Shown here piece by piece: positions 42,032-52,221 of a stretch of DNA of 64,000 bases (its first letter is position 1; every line of letters begins with the position of its first letter). The position numbers were made by a program, and so were the translations under genes. This DNA is from Alphaproteobacteria bacterium. GTDB taxonomy: Bacteria; Pseudomonadota; Alphaproteobacteria; UBA828. The stretch covers positions 576,001 to 640,000 of the forward strand of contig CAXXMU010000001.1 of the NCBI GenBank assembly GCA_963667785.2, in the 5' to 3' direction. Below the pieces are notes generated by a model, which did no database searches, was not told the origin of the DNA, and worked only from the letters and a program-made list of their open reading frames with translations.

Positions 42032-43495
42032 CTAGACGCTCTCGGCGAGCAGAGAGAGCTGCGCCGGCGGCTCGTCGCCCTGTTGATCCAAGAGCGCGAT
42101 GGGATAGTCGCCGGAGAAGCAGGCGTCGCAGTATTGCGGGCGTGCGGGGTCGCGCCCCGGCTCGCCCATAGCGCGGTAGAGGCCGTCGATCGAGATGAAG
42201 GCCAGGCTGTCCACGCCGATCGAGCGCGCCATCGCGGCCACGTCGTGGCGCGCGGCCAGAAGCTGCTCGTGCGCCGGCGTATCGACACCGTAGAAGCAGG
42301 GATGCGCCGTCGGCGGACTCGCGATCCTCATGTGGACCGTCGCCGCGCCTGCCGAGCGCACCATCTCCACGATCTTCGTCGACGTCGTGCCGCGCACGAT
42401 GCTGTCGTCGACGAGCACGACCCGCCGACCCTTCAGGATTTGGCGGTTGGCGTTGTGCTTGAGCTTGACGCCGAGATGTCTGATCCGGTCGGTCGGCTCG
42501 ATGAAGGTGCGCCCGACATAGTGGTTGCGGATGATGCCGAGCTCGAACGGAAGGCCCGCCTGCGCGGCATAGCCGATCGCCGCCGGCACGCCCGAATCCG
42601 GCACCGGCACCACCACGTCCGCCGCGGCCGGCGCCTCGCGGGCGAGCTCGGCGCCGATGCGCTGCCGCGCCTCGTAGACTCCGATTCCCTCGGCCACGCT
42701 GTCGGGCCGCGCGAAGTAGATGTACTCGAAAACGCAGAAGCGCCGCGCGGCGGGGCGAAAGGGCTTCACGCTCTCCACGCCCGCGTCGGTGATGATCACC
42801 AGCTCGCCCGGCTCGATGTCGCGGACGTGGCTGGCGCCGATGATGTCGAAGGCCACGGTCTCCGACGCCAGGATCATGGCGCCGTCGAGCTGGCCCAGCA
42901 CCAGCGGGCGCACGCCGTGGGGGTCCCGCACGCCGATCAGCGAATCCCCGGTGAGCGCCACCAGCGAATAGGCGCCGTGCACCCTGCCCAGCGCCTCGAT
43001 CATGCGCTCGACCAGGCGCGCGCGCCGGCTGATGGCGATCAGGTGGACGATCGTCTCGGTGTCGGAGGTGGACTGGAAGATGCAGCCGCGCGAGACGAGA
43101 TCGGTGCGCAGCGAGAGTGCGTTGGTGAGGTTCCCGTTGTGCGCGATGCTGAGCCCGCCGGTGGCGAGGTCCGCGAAGAGCGGCTGGATGTTGCGCACTT
43201 CGGGTGCGCCCTGGGTGGAATAGCGGTTGTGGCCGATCGCCGCGCGGCCCTCGAGGGCGTCGATTACCTCGCCCGAGGAGAAGATGTCGCCGACCTTCCC
43301 CAGCGCCCGGTGCGAATGGAAGAGGGCGCCGTCGGTGCTCACGATGCCGGCCGATTCCTGCCCCCGGTGCTGCAGCGCATGCAAACCGAGCGCCGCGTGG
43401 GCGGCGGCGTCGGGGTGCCCGAATATGCCGAAGACGCCGCACTCCTCCCGCAGCTTGTCCTCGCTGGGCCCGTTGCCTGCCCGGGGTGCGCTCAT
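42032..43495 (-). CDS. purF: Amidophosphoribosyltransferase
   Basis: EECGVFG, LQHRGQE, GHNRYST, VDDSIVRGTT, C.ACFSG.YP. Confidence 0.97.
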   Translation of the reverse strand: MSAPRAGNGPSEDKLREECGVFGIFGHPDAAAHAALGLHALQHRGQESAGIVSTDGALFHSHRALGKVGDIFSSGEVIDALEGRAAIGHNRYSTQGAPEVRNIQPLFADLATGGLSIAHNGNLTNALSLRTDLVSRGCIFQSTSDTETIVHLIAISRRARLVERMIEALGRVHGAYSLVALTGDSLIGVRDPHGVRPLVLGQLDGAMILASETVAFDIIGASHVRDIEPGELVIITDAGVESVKPFRPAARRFCVFEYIYFARPDSVAEGIGVYEARQRIGAELAREAPAAADVVVPVPDSGVPAAIGYAAQAGLPFELGIIRNHYVGRTFIEPTDRIRHLGVKLKHNANRQILKGRRVVLVDDSIVRGTTSTKIVEMVRSAGAATVHMRIASPPTAHPCFYGVDTPAHEQLLAARHDVAAMARSIGVDSLAFISIDGLYRAMGEPGRDPARPQYCDACFSGDYPIALLDQQGDEPPAQLSLLAESV

Positions 43496-44157
43496 CACTC
43501 GACGCTCTCGCTCAGCCCGTCGAGCTGCTGCCGCTCGCCGCCGCTGTAGCCGGTCTCGCTTTCCTCTTCCGGCTGGTTTGCGGGAACGGGCTCGGTGAGT
43601 TCCCGCACGCTTCGCTCGCGGCCATCGTCGAAGGTCTCCTCGATGTGTCTGGTGCCTTCCTCTGCGACTTCCTCCGGCACCACCTCGCGAAGCGCGGCGA
43701 CTCCCTGCTTGATATAGGGCAAGGTCCTGGCCTCGTCGACCCACGGCGGCCAGTCGCTCTGCTGCACCACCGAGCCGAACAGCATGTAGGCGATGCAGAC
43801 CAGCGCCGCCCCGCGCAGGATTCCGAAGATGAAGCCGAGCGTGCGGTCCAGCGCGCCGCCCCGGCTGCGCTGGATGCGGCCCGAGATGAGCTGGTTGACG
43901 ATCGTGAGAGCGATCAGGACGACGACGAAGACCGCGAGGCCGGCGACCACGTCGGCGATCAGCGTGGACGAGGTGATCAGGTCGCGGGCGATCGGCCGGG
44001 TGTGGGGGAAGGCGAAGAAGGTGGCGACGCCGGCGCCGACCCAGGCGCCGATGCCGAGCACCTCGCGCGCCGCCCCGCGCCCGAAGGCGAGCAGCGCCGA
44101 AAGGATGATGATCAGCGCCACCAGGATGTCGATGAGATTGACCGGCAGGTCTTCCAT
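43495..44157 (-). CDS. cvpA: CvpA-family membrane protein
   Basis: RG..RE, DRTLGFIFGILRG; between radA and purF. Confidence 0.9.
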   Translation of the reverse strand: MEDLPVNLIDILVALIIILSALLAFGRGAAREVLGIGAWVGAGVATFFAFPHTRPIARDLITSSTLIADVVAGLAVFVVVLIALTIVNQLISGRIQRSRGGALDRTLGFIFGILRGAALVCIAYMLFGSVVQQSDWPPWVDEARTLPYIKQGVAALREVVPEEVAEEGTRHIEETFDDGRERSVRELTEPVPANQPEEESETGYSGGERQQLDGLSESVE

Positions 44158-44170
44158 TCTCTCGCGATCG

Positions 44171-45553
44171 TCAGGGTGCTTCGCGCGACGCGGGAAAGAG
44201 CGCCACCAGGTCTCGTACATGGGTGAGCCGCGTCACGGCGATCCCCGGACCCTCCGCCTCGCCGCGGGCCGTGTCCGGCACCGGCGCCAGTGCATGGCTG
44301 AAGCCGAGCTTCGCGGCCTCCTTGAGCCGGGCGCCGCCTTGGCTCACCGGCCGGACCTCGCCGGCCAGCCCGATCTCGCCGAAGATGACGGCGCCCTGGT
44401 CGAGCGCCCGGCCCGCAGCCGATGAGGCGAGCGCGGCCGCGACCGCGAGGTCCGCGGCGGGCTCGGTGATGCGCAGGCCGCCCGCCACGTTGAGATAGAC
44501 GTCACAGACGCTGAGCCTGAGTCCGGCGCGCGCCTCCAGCACCGCCAGCACCATGGCGAGCCGGCCTGCATCCCAGCCGACCACGGTGCGCCGCGGCGAT
44601 CCCGCCGGCCCGGATGCCACCAGGGCCTGGATCTCCACCAGAACCGGCCGCGAGCCCTCGACCCCGGCGAAGACCGCAGCGCCGGGCACGGGCCCGCGCT
44701 CCGGGTCCACGAAGAGGCTGGAAGGGTTGGGGATCTCCACCAGGCCGCGGTCGGTCATCTCGAAGACGCCGATCTCGTCGGTCGGTCCGAACCGGTTCTT
44801 GATGGCGCGGACGATGCGGAACTGGTGGCCGCGCTCGCCCTCGAAATAGAGCACGCAGTCGACCATGTGCTCGAGCACGCGGGGGCCCGCGATCTGCCCC
44901 TCCTTGGTGACGTGGCCGACCAGCACCAGGACCGTGCCCGTGCGCTTGGCGAGGCGGATCAGCTCCTGGGCCGCGCCCCGCACCTGGGCGACCGTTCCCG
45001 GCGCCGAATCCAGCGTGTCGAGGTACATGGTCTGGATCGAGTCGACCACCACCATGTCGGGTGGCGCATCGCCCTCCAGCGTCGTCAGGATGTCGCGGAC
45101 ATCGATCGCCGCCGCGAGGCCGACGGGCGCGCCCGCGAGGCCTGTGCGGGCGGCGCGCATCCGGATCTGCTCGATTCCCTCCTCGCCGGAGACGTAGGCG
45201 ACGCGGGCGCCGCGCACGGCCAGGGCCGATGCCGCCTGCAGCAGCAGGGTCGACTTGCCGATGCCGGGATCGCCCGCCAGCAGGACCGACGAGCCGGGCA
45301 CGAAGCCGCCGCCCACGACCCGGTCGATCTCGCCGATGCCGCATTCCCGCCGGGCGAGCACGGCGCCGGGCCCGTCGAGGGGCAGGAACTCGATGCGGCG
45401 GCCCTTGGCGGTCCCGAGCCCGCGCGGCGGGGCTGCGCGCGACACCTCCTCGACGATGCTGTTCCAGGCCCCGCAGGCATCGCAGCGCCCGGCCCAGCGG
45501 GGCCGCGCGGCGCCGCAGGCGTCGCAGACAAAGCGCTTCTCCGCCCGCGCCAT
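44171..45553 (-). CDS. radA: DNA repair protein RadA/Sms
   Basis: C4 zinc finger, GDPGIGKST, KNRFG, Lon-like C-terminus. Confidence 0.96.
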   Translation of the reverse strand: MARAEKRFVCDACGAARPRWAGRCDACGAWNSIVEEVSRAAPPRGLGTAKGRRIEFLPLDGPGAVLARRECGIGEIDRVVGGGFVPGSSVLLAGDPGIGKSTLLLQAASALAVRGARVAYVSGEEGIEQIRMRAARTGLAGAPVGLAAAIDVRDILTTLEGDAPPDMVVVDSIQTMYLDTLDSAPGTVAQVRGAAQELIRLAKRTGTVLVLVGHVTKEGQIAGPRVLEHMVDCVLYFEGERGHQFRIVRAIKNRFGPTDEIGVFEMTDRGLVEIPNPSSLFVDPERGPVPGAAVFAGVEGSRPVLVEIQALVASGPAGSPRRTVVGWDAGRLAMVLAVLEARAGLRLSVCDVYLNVAGGLRITEPAADLAVAAALASSAAGRALDQGAVIFGEIGLAGEVRPVSQGGARLKEAAKLGFSHALAPVPDTARGEAEGPGIAVTRLTHVRDLVALFPASREAP

Positions 45554-45595
45554 GGGTCTCCCTAACCGGGTAGCGACATGGCCGGCCCGCGCCGC

Positions 45596-46411
45596 TCAGG
45601 CGCGCCCGTCGGCGGCGACCGCGAGCCTGATCGGCCCGTCCGCCCGGCCGTTGATGAACTGCTCCACATGGGCGTTCCCGCTCTCGTCGATCTCGCCGGC
45701 CGGGCCTTGCCAGATGATCGTGCCGTCGTGGATCATGGCGATCCGGTCGGCGATCTTGCGCGCGCTGGCCATGTCGTGGGTGATGGTGAGCGTGGTCGCG
45801 CCGAGCTCGCGCGTGCAGGCCACGATCAGGTCGTTGATCACGTCGGCCATGATCGGGTCGAGGCCGGTCGTCGGCTCGTCGAAGAAGATGATCTCCGGCC
45901 GGGTCGCAATGGCACGCGCCAGACCCACCCGCTTGCGCATGCCGCCCGAGAGCGCGGCCGGATAGAGATCGGCCGAATCCTCGGCGAGACCGACCTGGGC
46001 CAGGGTCTCGATCGCGATATCCCGCGCCTCGCGCCGCGCCACCCCTTGCGCCTGGATCAGCCCGAAGGCGACGTTCTCCCACACCGGCAGGCTGTCGAAG
46101 AGCGCGCTGTTCTGGAACAGCATGCCGATCCTGCGCATGGCGGCCTCGCGCGCGGCGCGGTTGCCGGCGAGCTCCTCGCCGTCGATGGTCACGCTGCCAG
46201 CATCCGGGTGCAGCAGGCCCAGCAGGCACTTGAGCATGACCGACTTGCCGACTCCCGAGCAGCCGATCACCACCACCGACTCCCCGCTCCCGATCTCGAG
46301 GTCGAGGCCGTCGAGCACCACCTGGCCGGCAAACCTCTTGCGCAGGCCGCGAAGGGCGATCTTGGGCTCGTTCGCGCCGTGCGCGGCGCGGGCGCTCGAC
46401 GGCGCGCTCAT
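45596..46411 (-). CDS. mlaF: ABC ATP-binding protein (MlaF-like)
   Basis: G.SG.GKS, LSGGMRKRVGLARA, FFDEPTTGLDP, ITHD. Confidence 0.9.
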   Translation of the reverse strand: MSAPSSARAAHGANEPKIALRGLRKRFAGQVVLDGLDLEIGSGESVVVIGCSGVGKSVMLKCLLGLLHPDAGSVTIDGEELAGNRAAREAAMRRIGMLFQNSALFDSLPVWENVAFGLIQAQGVARREARDIAIETLAQVGLAEDSADLYPAALSGGMRKRVGLARAIATRPEIIFFDEPTTGLDPIMADVINDLIVACTRELGATTLTITHDMASARKIADRIAMIHDGTIIWQGPAGEIDESGNAHVEQFINGRADGPIRLAVAADGRA

Positions 46412-47187
46412 TGGGCGAAGAACGCCTCCGTGATGATGTAGTTGAAGATCAGAACCAGGATGGCGCCGGTCACGACGGCATTTGTGGTGGCCTTGCCCAC
46501 GCCCTGGGCGCCGCCCTTCGAGTGGAAGCCGTGGTAGCAGCCCATCAGCGCGATCAGATATCCGAAGACGGCGGCTTTGACGAGGCCCGAGACCACGTCC
46601 ATCGTCTCCAGATACTCGAAGGTGTTGGTGATGTAGGTGTCGGCGTTGAAGCCGAGCTTGTAGACGCTGACCAGATAGCCGCCAAGCACGCCGATGATGT
46701 CGGCGACGAGAACGAGGAAGGGCAGCATCAGGAAGCCGCCGAGGAGGCGCGGCACGATCAGGTACTTGTGCGGATTGGTCGACAGCGTGGTCAGCGCGTC
46801 GATCTGCTCGGTGACACGCATGGTGCCGATTTCGGCCGCCATGGCGGCGCCGACCCGTCCGGCGACCATGAGGCCGGCGAGCACCGGCCCCAGCTCCCGC
46901 GTGATCGACAGCACCACCACGGTCGGGATCGTGCTCTCCGCCGAGAAACGCGAGAAGCCCGTGTAGCTCTGCAGCGCCAGCACCATGCCGGCGAAGAGCC
47001 CGGTCAGCCCCACGACCGGTAGCGAGTAGAAGCCGATCTCCACCATCTGGCGGAGCAGGAGGCGCGGGTAGAGCGGCGGCCGGACGCAGTGCGAGGTCGC
47101 CTCGAAGGCGAAGAGGGCGAGGCGGCCTATGGCCCCGAACAGGGCCAGGACGCCGTGGCCGATCGCCTGCAGCGGATTGCTCTTCAC
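46408..47187 (-). CDS. mlaE: ABC permease (MlaE family)
   Basis: RELGPVL, EIGTMRVTEQIDAL, GGAQGVG.ATT..VV. Confidence 0.92.
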   Translation of the reverse strand: MKSNPLQAIGHGVLALFGAIGRLALFAFEATSHCVRPPLYPRLLLRQMVEIGFYSLPVVGLTGLFAGMVLALQSYTGFSRFSAESTIPTVVVLSITRELGPVLAGLMVAGRVGAAMAAEIGTMRVTEQIDALTTLSTNPHKYLIVPRLLGGFLMLPFLVLVADIIGVLGGYLVSVYKLGFNADTYITNTFEYLETMDVVSGLVKAAVFGYLIALMGCYHGFHSKGGAQGVGKATTNAVVTGAILVLIFNYIITEAFFAQ

Positions 47188-47289
47188 GCACTCTTCCCGT
47201 CGACGACGCACGCGGGCCGATCTCCGACTCGGCGCCCGTCGCCGGGGACTCTAGCCCGGAATTCTCGTCAGGGTCATGGCCCGAGCGGC

Positions 47290-47337
47290 ACCGCGCGCGT
47301 TCCGCGCGACTCACCTACCGCGCGCGTTCCGCGCGAC
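47290..47337. repeat. Exact 21-bp direct repeat ACCGCGCGCGTTCCGCGCGAC x2
   Basis: Copies at 47290-47310 and 47317-47337 in the mlaE/ilvE divergent region. Confidence 0.9.
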
Positions 47338-47413
47338 GCAGGCCGTGACCCCGGCGAGACAGGCGGGCTAACATCGGCCATCGCCGCACGACATCGAGCT
47401 GGCCGGAGAAGCG

Positions 47414-48349
47414 ATGAGCACGACAATCAAGGAGACCGAGTGGATCTGGCGCGACGGGGAATTCGTCCGCTGGCGGGATGCCACCCTCCATCTCCTCTCC
47501 ACCGCCGTCCAGTTCGGCTCCTCGGTCTTCGAGGGCATCCGCTGCTACGACACCCCGGCCGGCCCCGCCATCTTCCGCCTGCCCGAGCATCTGAGACGGC
47601 TCCGCAATTCGGCGCGCATCTACCGCATGGAGTGCGCCTATGACGACCGGGCGCTGACCGAGGCCTGCTTCGCGCTGATCCGCCGCAACGGGCTCAGCGC
47701 CTGCTACATCCGCCCCGTGATCCTGCGCGGCTACGGTGCGATCGGGATGGACGGCGTCGGCAGCCCCATCGAGACCTGGATTCCCGCCTGGGAATGGGGC
47801 GCCTACCTCGGCGAGGACGCGTTGGAGAAGGGCGTCGACGTCTGCGTCTCCTCCTGGAGCCGGGCTGCGCCCAACACCTTCCCCGGCATGGCGAAGGCGA
47901 CCGGCCACTACAACAACGCCCAGCTGATCAAGCTCGAGGCCATGGCCAACGGCTTCGTCGAGGCGATCGCGCTCACCCACGATGGCCAGATCAGCGAGGG
48001 CAGCGGCCAGAACCTCTTCGCGGTGATGGACGGCACCGTGCTGACCCCGCCGATCGACGGCAGCAACCTCTCCGGCATCACGCGGAACGCGGTGATGACC
48101 ATCGCCGGCGACCTCGACCTGCCGCTTCGCGAGTGCCCGATGCCGCGCGAGCTGCTCTACTGCGCCGACGAGCTCTTCTTCTCCGGCACGGCGGCGGAGA
48201 TCACGCCGATCCGCTCCGTCGACCACGTCACCGTCGGCCCAGGCGGGATCGGCCCGGTCACGCGGCGCATACAGCGGCGCTTCGCCGACATCGTCAGCGG
48301 CCGTTCCAACGACGATCACCGCTGGCTGACCCTGGTCCCGCCCGCCTGA
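47414..48349 (+). CDS. ilvE: Branched-chain amino acid aminotransferase
   Basis: FEGIRCY, FRL.EH..RL, YIRP, K..G.Y, EGSGQN.F, L.GITR, GTAAEITP. Confidence 0.93.
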   Translation: MSTTIKETEWIWRDGEFVRWRDATLHLLSTAVQFGSSVFEGIRCYDTPAGPAIFRLPEHLRRLRNSARIYRMECAYDDRALTEACFALIRRNGLSACYIRPVILRGYGAIGMDGVGSPIETWIPAWEWGAYLGEDALEKGVDVCVSSWSRAAPNTFPGMAKATGHYNNAQLIKLEAMANGFVEAIALTHDGQISEGSGQNLFAVMDGTVLTPPIDGSNLSGITRNAVMTIAGDLDLPLRECPMPRELLYCADELFFSGTAAEITPIRSVDHVTVGPGGIGPVTRRIQRRFADIVSGRSNDDHRWLTLVPPA

Positions 48350-48377
48350 TCTACCCGTCTCGCGAGGAGGAATGCGC

Positions 48378-49178
48378 ATGACCGAGAGCCGCGATCCGGC
48401 GGCCGCTCTTGCCGACCGGCTCTTCGCCGAGCATGCGGACGGGCGGCCCTTCCGCCCCATCCGGGGCGCCGACCGGCCCGCCTCGCTGGACGAGGGATAC
48501 CGCGTCCAGGGCCTACTCAACCGGCGCTTCACCGAGGCCGGGCGGGGAGCGTCCGCCGGCTACAAGGTCGGCCTCACTTCCGAGGCGATGCGGGCGATGT
48601 GCAACGCCGATCAGCCGATCAGCGGCGTGATATTCGAGAGCACGGTGTATCGCTCACCGGCGCGGATCGCGCTCGCCGACTTCGCCCATCTCGCGATCGA
48701 GTTCGAGCTCGCCGTCGAGATCGGTCGGGAGTTTCGGCCCGGGGACGGCCCCTTCACGCAGGACGACGCGCGAGACCGCGTCGCCGCCTGCCTGCCCGCC
48801 TTCGAGCTGATCGAGGACCGCAACGCCGACTATGGCGACCTCGACGTGCTCTCCTGCGTGATGGACAACGCCTGGTGCGGCGGTGTCGTGCTCGGGCCGC
48901 GGCAGAGCGACTGGCAGGCCCTCGACCTCGCAGCCACGCCGGCCTCGCTCACGGTCAACGACGGGCCACCGGAGCCGGCGGTCACGGGCGCGGCCATGGG
49001 CAATCCGCTGAACTCGGTGGTCTGGCTGGCCAACCAGCTCGCGGACCGGGGCACTGCCCTCGAAGCGGGCATGATCGTCATGACCGGGAGCACGCTCGCC
49101 ACGCGCGTCCCGGAGGCGGGCGACCGCTTCGTCTACGCGATCGAGGGGCTGGGCCGGGTGGAGGCCACGATCGTCTGA
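48378..49178 (+). CDS. 2-keto-4-pentenoate hydratase-like (FAH family) protein
   Basis: GYKVGLTS, E.E.A, PAFELI, DNA, G.PL..V.WLAN, TGS. Confidence 0.88.
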   Translation: MTESRDPAAALADRLFAEHADGRPFRPIRGADRPASLDEGYRVQGLLNRRFTEAGRGASAGYKVGLTSEAMRAMCNADQPISGVIFESTVYRSPARIALADFAHLAIEFELAVEIGREFRPGDGPFTQDDARDRVAACLPAFELIEDRNADYGDLDVLSCVMDNAWCGGVVLGPRQSDWQALDLAATPASLTVNDGPPEPAVTGAAMGNPLNSVVWLANQLADRGTALEAGMIVMTGSTLATRVPEAGDRFVYAIEGLGRVEATIV

Positions 49179-49188
49179 TCGCGCGGCG

Positions 49189-50343
49189 CTAAGGAGAACC
49201 GCCGCCGGCGGGGCGGCGCGAGATGACGACGTCGCGGTGGACGCCGACGCAGAGCAGGAGCCCGAGACCGAGCATCAGGCTCAGCATGGCGCTGCCGCCG
49301 TAGGAGATCAGCGGCAGCGGCAGGCCGACGATGGGGATCAGGCCGATCACCATCGCGACGTTGAAGAACACGTGGAAGAAGAACGTGACCGTCATGCCCA
49401 TGCCGAGCAGGCGGCCGAAGTGGTTGTTGCTGCGCGAAGAAATCACCACGCCGTAGGTGGCGATCGCCAGGTAGAGCAACAGGACGCCGGTCACGCCGAA
49501 GAAGCCGAGCTCCTCCGCCATCATCGTGAAGATGAAGTCGGTCTGCTTCTCGGGCAGGAAATTGAGGTGGCTCTGGGTCCCCTGGAGATAGCCCTTGCCG
49601 AAGAGCCCGCCGGAGCCCAGCGCGATCTTCGATTGCAGGATGTGATAGCCCGCGCCGAGGGGGTCCGCCTCCGGATCGAAGAAGGTCAGGATGCGCGCCT
49701 TCTGGTAGTCGTGCAGGAACTGCCAGACGACCGGCCCGGAGCCGAGCACGACGGCCACGGCCACGCCCATCTTCCACGCCTTGAGCCCCGCCAGGAACAG
49801 CATGATCCCGCCGCCGAGCGCCAGCAGCAGCGCCGTGCCCAGGTCCGGCTGGCGCAGGATCAGCGCAGCCGGCGCCAGGATCATCAGCAGCGGCGGGATG
49901 TAGGTCCGGATACGGCCCAGCGCGTCCAGCGGGATGCCGTGGAAATAGCGCGCGAGCGCGAGCACCAGCGCGATCTTCATCAGTTCCGACGGCTGCAGCT
50001 GGATCACGCCGATGTCGATCCAGCGCTGCGCGCCCATCACCGCCGCGCCCAGCAGCTCGACGCTCACCAGCAGGATGAAGGCGAGGCCGTAGATGGTGTA
50101 TGCGGCGCGCAGCCAGAAGCCGATGTCGATCACCGCCACCGCGAGCATCACGACGAGGCCGGCACCGAACCAGACGATCTGGCGTGCCGCCCAGGGCTCA
50201 GTGGTGCCGCCAGCGGCCGAGATCAGCATCCCGATGCCGACCGCGCCGAGGGCGCAGACCAGGACCACCAGGAGCCAGTCGAGCCTCAGAAGGCGCTCGG
50301 CGAGCCGGAAGCCCCGATGGCTTCTGATCTCCAGCTGCGCCAT
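49189..50343 (-). CDS. rodA: Rod shape-determining protein RodA
   Basis: GAQRWI, QPSE, QPDLGT, GSGG..GKG, PE.QTDFIF, LPL.SYGGS. Confidence 0.96.
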   Translation of the reverse strand: MAQLEIRSHRGFRLAERLLRLDWLLVVLVCALGAVGIGMLISAAGGTTEPWAARQIVWFGAGLVVMLAVAVIDIGFWLRAAYTIYGLAFILLVSVELLGAAVMGAQRWIDIGVIQLQPSELMKIALVLALARYFHGIPLDALGRIRTYIPPLLMILAPAALILRQPDLGTALLLALGGGIMLFLAGLKAWKMGVAVAVVLGSGPVVWQFLHDYQKARILTFFDPEADPLGAGYHILQSKIALGSGGLFGKGYLQGTQSHLNFLPEKQTDFIFTMMAEELGFFGVTGVLLLYLAIATYGVVISSRSNNHFGRLLGMGMTVTFFFHVFFNVAMVIGLIPIVGLPLPLISYGGSAMLSLMLGLGLLLCVGVHRDVVISRRPAGGGSP

Positions 50344-52220
50344 CAGGCGGACTCGCTCGGTCGGACCGCGGGGGCGAGCAAGGGGGCGCGCGCGGACGGG
50401 TCACGGCGTTGGACCTCACGCAGGATGTCGCGCGCGATCGGGGCTGCGACGGAGCCCCCGCTGCCCCCGTGTTCGACGACGACCGCGACGCCGTAGCGGG
50501 GCCGCTCGATCGGCGCATAGGCGACGAAGAGCGCGTGGTCGCGCTCCTTCCACGGGCGGTCCTCGTTCTTGACCACGCCGGAGCGGTGCTCGCTTTCGGA
50601 GATCCGCCGCACCTGCACGCTGCCGGTCTTGCCGGCCATGGCGAGCGTGGGCTCCTCGATACGGGCACGATAGGCTGTCCCCTCGGGGTCGTTCACCACG
50701 TTCAGCATGCCTTCGCGGACGATGTCGAGGTGGGCGGGCGACATCCCCATGGTGGGGAACGCCGGGCGCTCCGGCGCAAGCGGCTGCCCGTCGCGGATGG
50801 TCTCGCCGAGGATGCGGGGCTGAACCGCGATACCACCATTGGCGATGCGCGCGACCATCACCGCGAGTTGGAGCGGCGTGGTCAGCAGATAGCCCTGGCC
50901 GATACCGACCACCAGCGTCTCGCCGCCCTGCCAGGGCTCGCCGATGGCGGCGAGCTTCCAGTCGCTCGTCGGCACGAGGCCCGGCTTCTCCCCCGGCAGC
51001 TCGATGTCGAGCGTCCTGCCGAAGCCGAAGCGCTCCGCCATCGCGGCGATGCGGTCGATGCCGACGCGCTTGGCCACCTCGTAGAAGTAGACGTCGCACG
51101 ACTGCGTCAGGCCCTTCACCATGGCGACGTGGCCATGGCCATGGCGCCGCCAGCAGCGGAACCGCCGGTTCCCGAGCTCGAGATACCCGGGGCAGTAGAA
51201 TCTGTGACCGGGGCTCACCTCGCCGCCTTCGAGCGCGGCCAGCGCCACGATCATCTTGAAGGTGGAGCCCGGCGAATACTGCCCGGTGATCGACTTGTTG
51301 CTGAGCGGGAAACGCGGATGGCTGATCAGCTCCCGCCACTGCTGGTTGCTGATGCCGGCGGTGAACATGTTGGGGTCGTAGCTGGGCAGCGACGCCAGGG
51401 CCAGTATCTCGCCGGAATGGATGTCAAGAACCACGGCCGACCCGCTCTCGTCGCCGAAGCGGGCCGCGACATACTGCTGCAGCCCGAGGTCGACCGTCAG
51501 CATGTGGTCGTCGCCGGGCCGGCCGGCCCTGCGGCCGAGCTCGCGGATGACGCGGCCGTAGGCGTTGACCTCGACCTGGCGGGCGCCGGCCTCGCCGCGC
51601 AGGGAGGTTTCCAGCGTCTTCTCGGCGCCGTTCTTGCCGATGCGGAAATCGGGGAGCGACAGGAGCGGATCGTCCGTCAGCTCGGATTCGGTGACGGCGC
51701 CTACGTAGCCGACGATGTGGACCGTGTCAGGGCCGAAGGCGTAGAGGCGGCGGCGGCCGACGTCGATCATCACCCCAGGCAGATCCGGCGCGTTGACCTC
51801 GATCTGGGAGACCTCCTCCCAGGTCAGGTTCTCGCGAACCATGATGGGGACGAATACCTCCTTGCGCCTGGCCTCGCGCAGCGCCCGCTCGCGGTCGTGG
51901 TCCTCGATCGTCACCAGCGCCGCGATCTTGCTCAACGCGGCGTCGAGGTCCAGCGCCGCCTCCGGCACCACGACCAGCCGGTAGTTCAGCCGGTTCTCCG
52001 CGAGAATCCGGCCGAAGCGGTCGAAGATCCGTCCCCGTGCCGGCGGCAGGAGCTGCATGTTGATCCGATTCTCGTCGGCGAGCACCGTGTAGCGCTCGGA
52101 CTCGACGACCTGGAGCTGATAGAGGCGTCCGGCGAGCCCGGCCGTGAGCAGCGCCTGCGCGCCGCCCACGATGAAGGCGCGGCGCGTGAACAGGTTGGCG
52201 CGGCCCGTCTCGCCCCGCAT
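50343..52220 (-). CDS. mrdA: Penicillin-binding protein 2
   Basis: RG.I.DR, PGSTFK, SCD, KTG motifs; start MRGETG. Confidence 0.96.
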   Translation of the reverse strand: MRGETGRANLFTRRAFIVGGAQALLTAGLAGRLYQLQVVESERYTVLADENRINMQLLPPARGRIFDRFGRILAENRLNYRLVVVPEAALDLDAALSKIAALVTIEDHDRERALREARRKEVFVPIMVRENLTWEEVSQIEVNAPDLPGVMIDVGRRRLYAFGPDTVHIVGYVGAVTESELTDDPLLSLPDFRIGKNGAEKTLETSLRGEAGARQVEVNAYGRVIRELGRRAGRPGDDHMLTVDLGLQQYVAARFGDESGSAVVLDIHSGEILALASLPSYDPNMFTAGISNQQWRELISHPRFPLSNKSITGQYSPGSTFKMIVALAALEGGEVSPGHRFYCPGYLELGNRRFRCWRRHGHGHVAMVKGLTQSCDVYFYEVAKRVGIDRIAAMAERFGFGRTLDIELPGEKPGLVPTSDWKLAAIGEPWQGGETLVVGIGQGYLLTTPLQLAVMVARIANGGIAVQPRILGETIRDGQPLAPERPAFPTMGMSPAHLDIVREGMLNVVNDPEGTAYRARIEEPTLAMAGKTGSVQVRRISESEHRSGVVKNEDRPWKERDHALFVAYAPIERPRYGVAVVVEHGGSGGSVAAPIARDILREVQRRDPSARAPLLAPAVRPSESA

Positions 52221-52221
52221 C

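Noticed and set aside
38518-42288. 1256-aa ORF suggesting a giant MtnA fusion
   Set aside because: Only the last ~366 codons are MtnA. The rest is an off-frame read-through of the SDR, PanE-like and RraA-like genes (stop-poor high-GC DNA).
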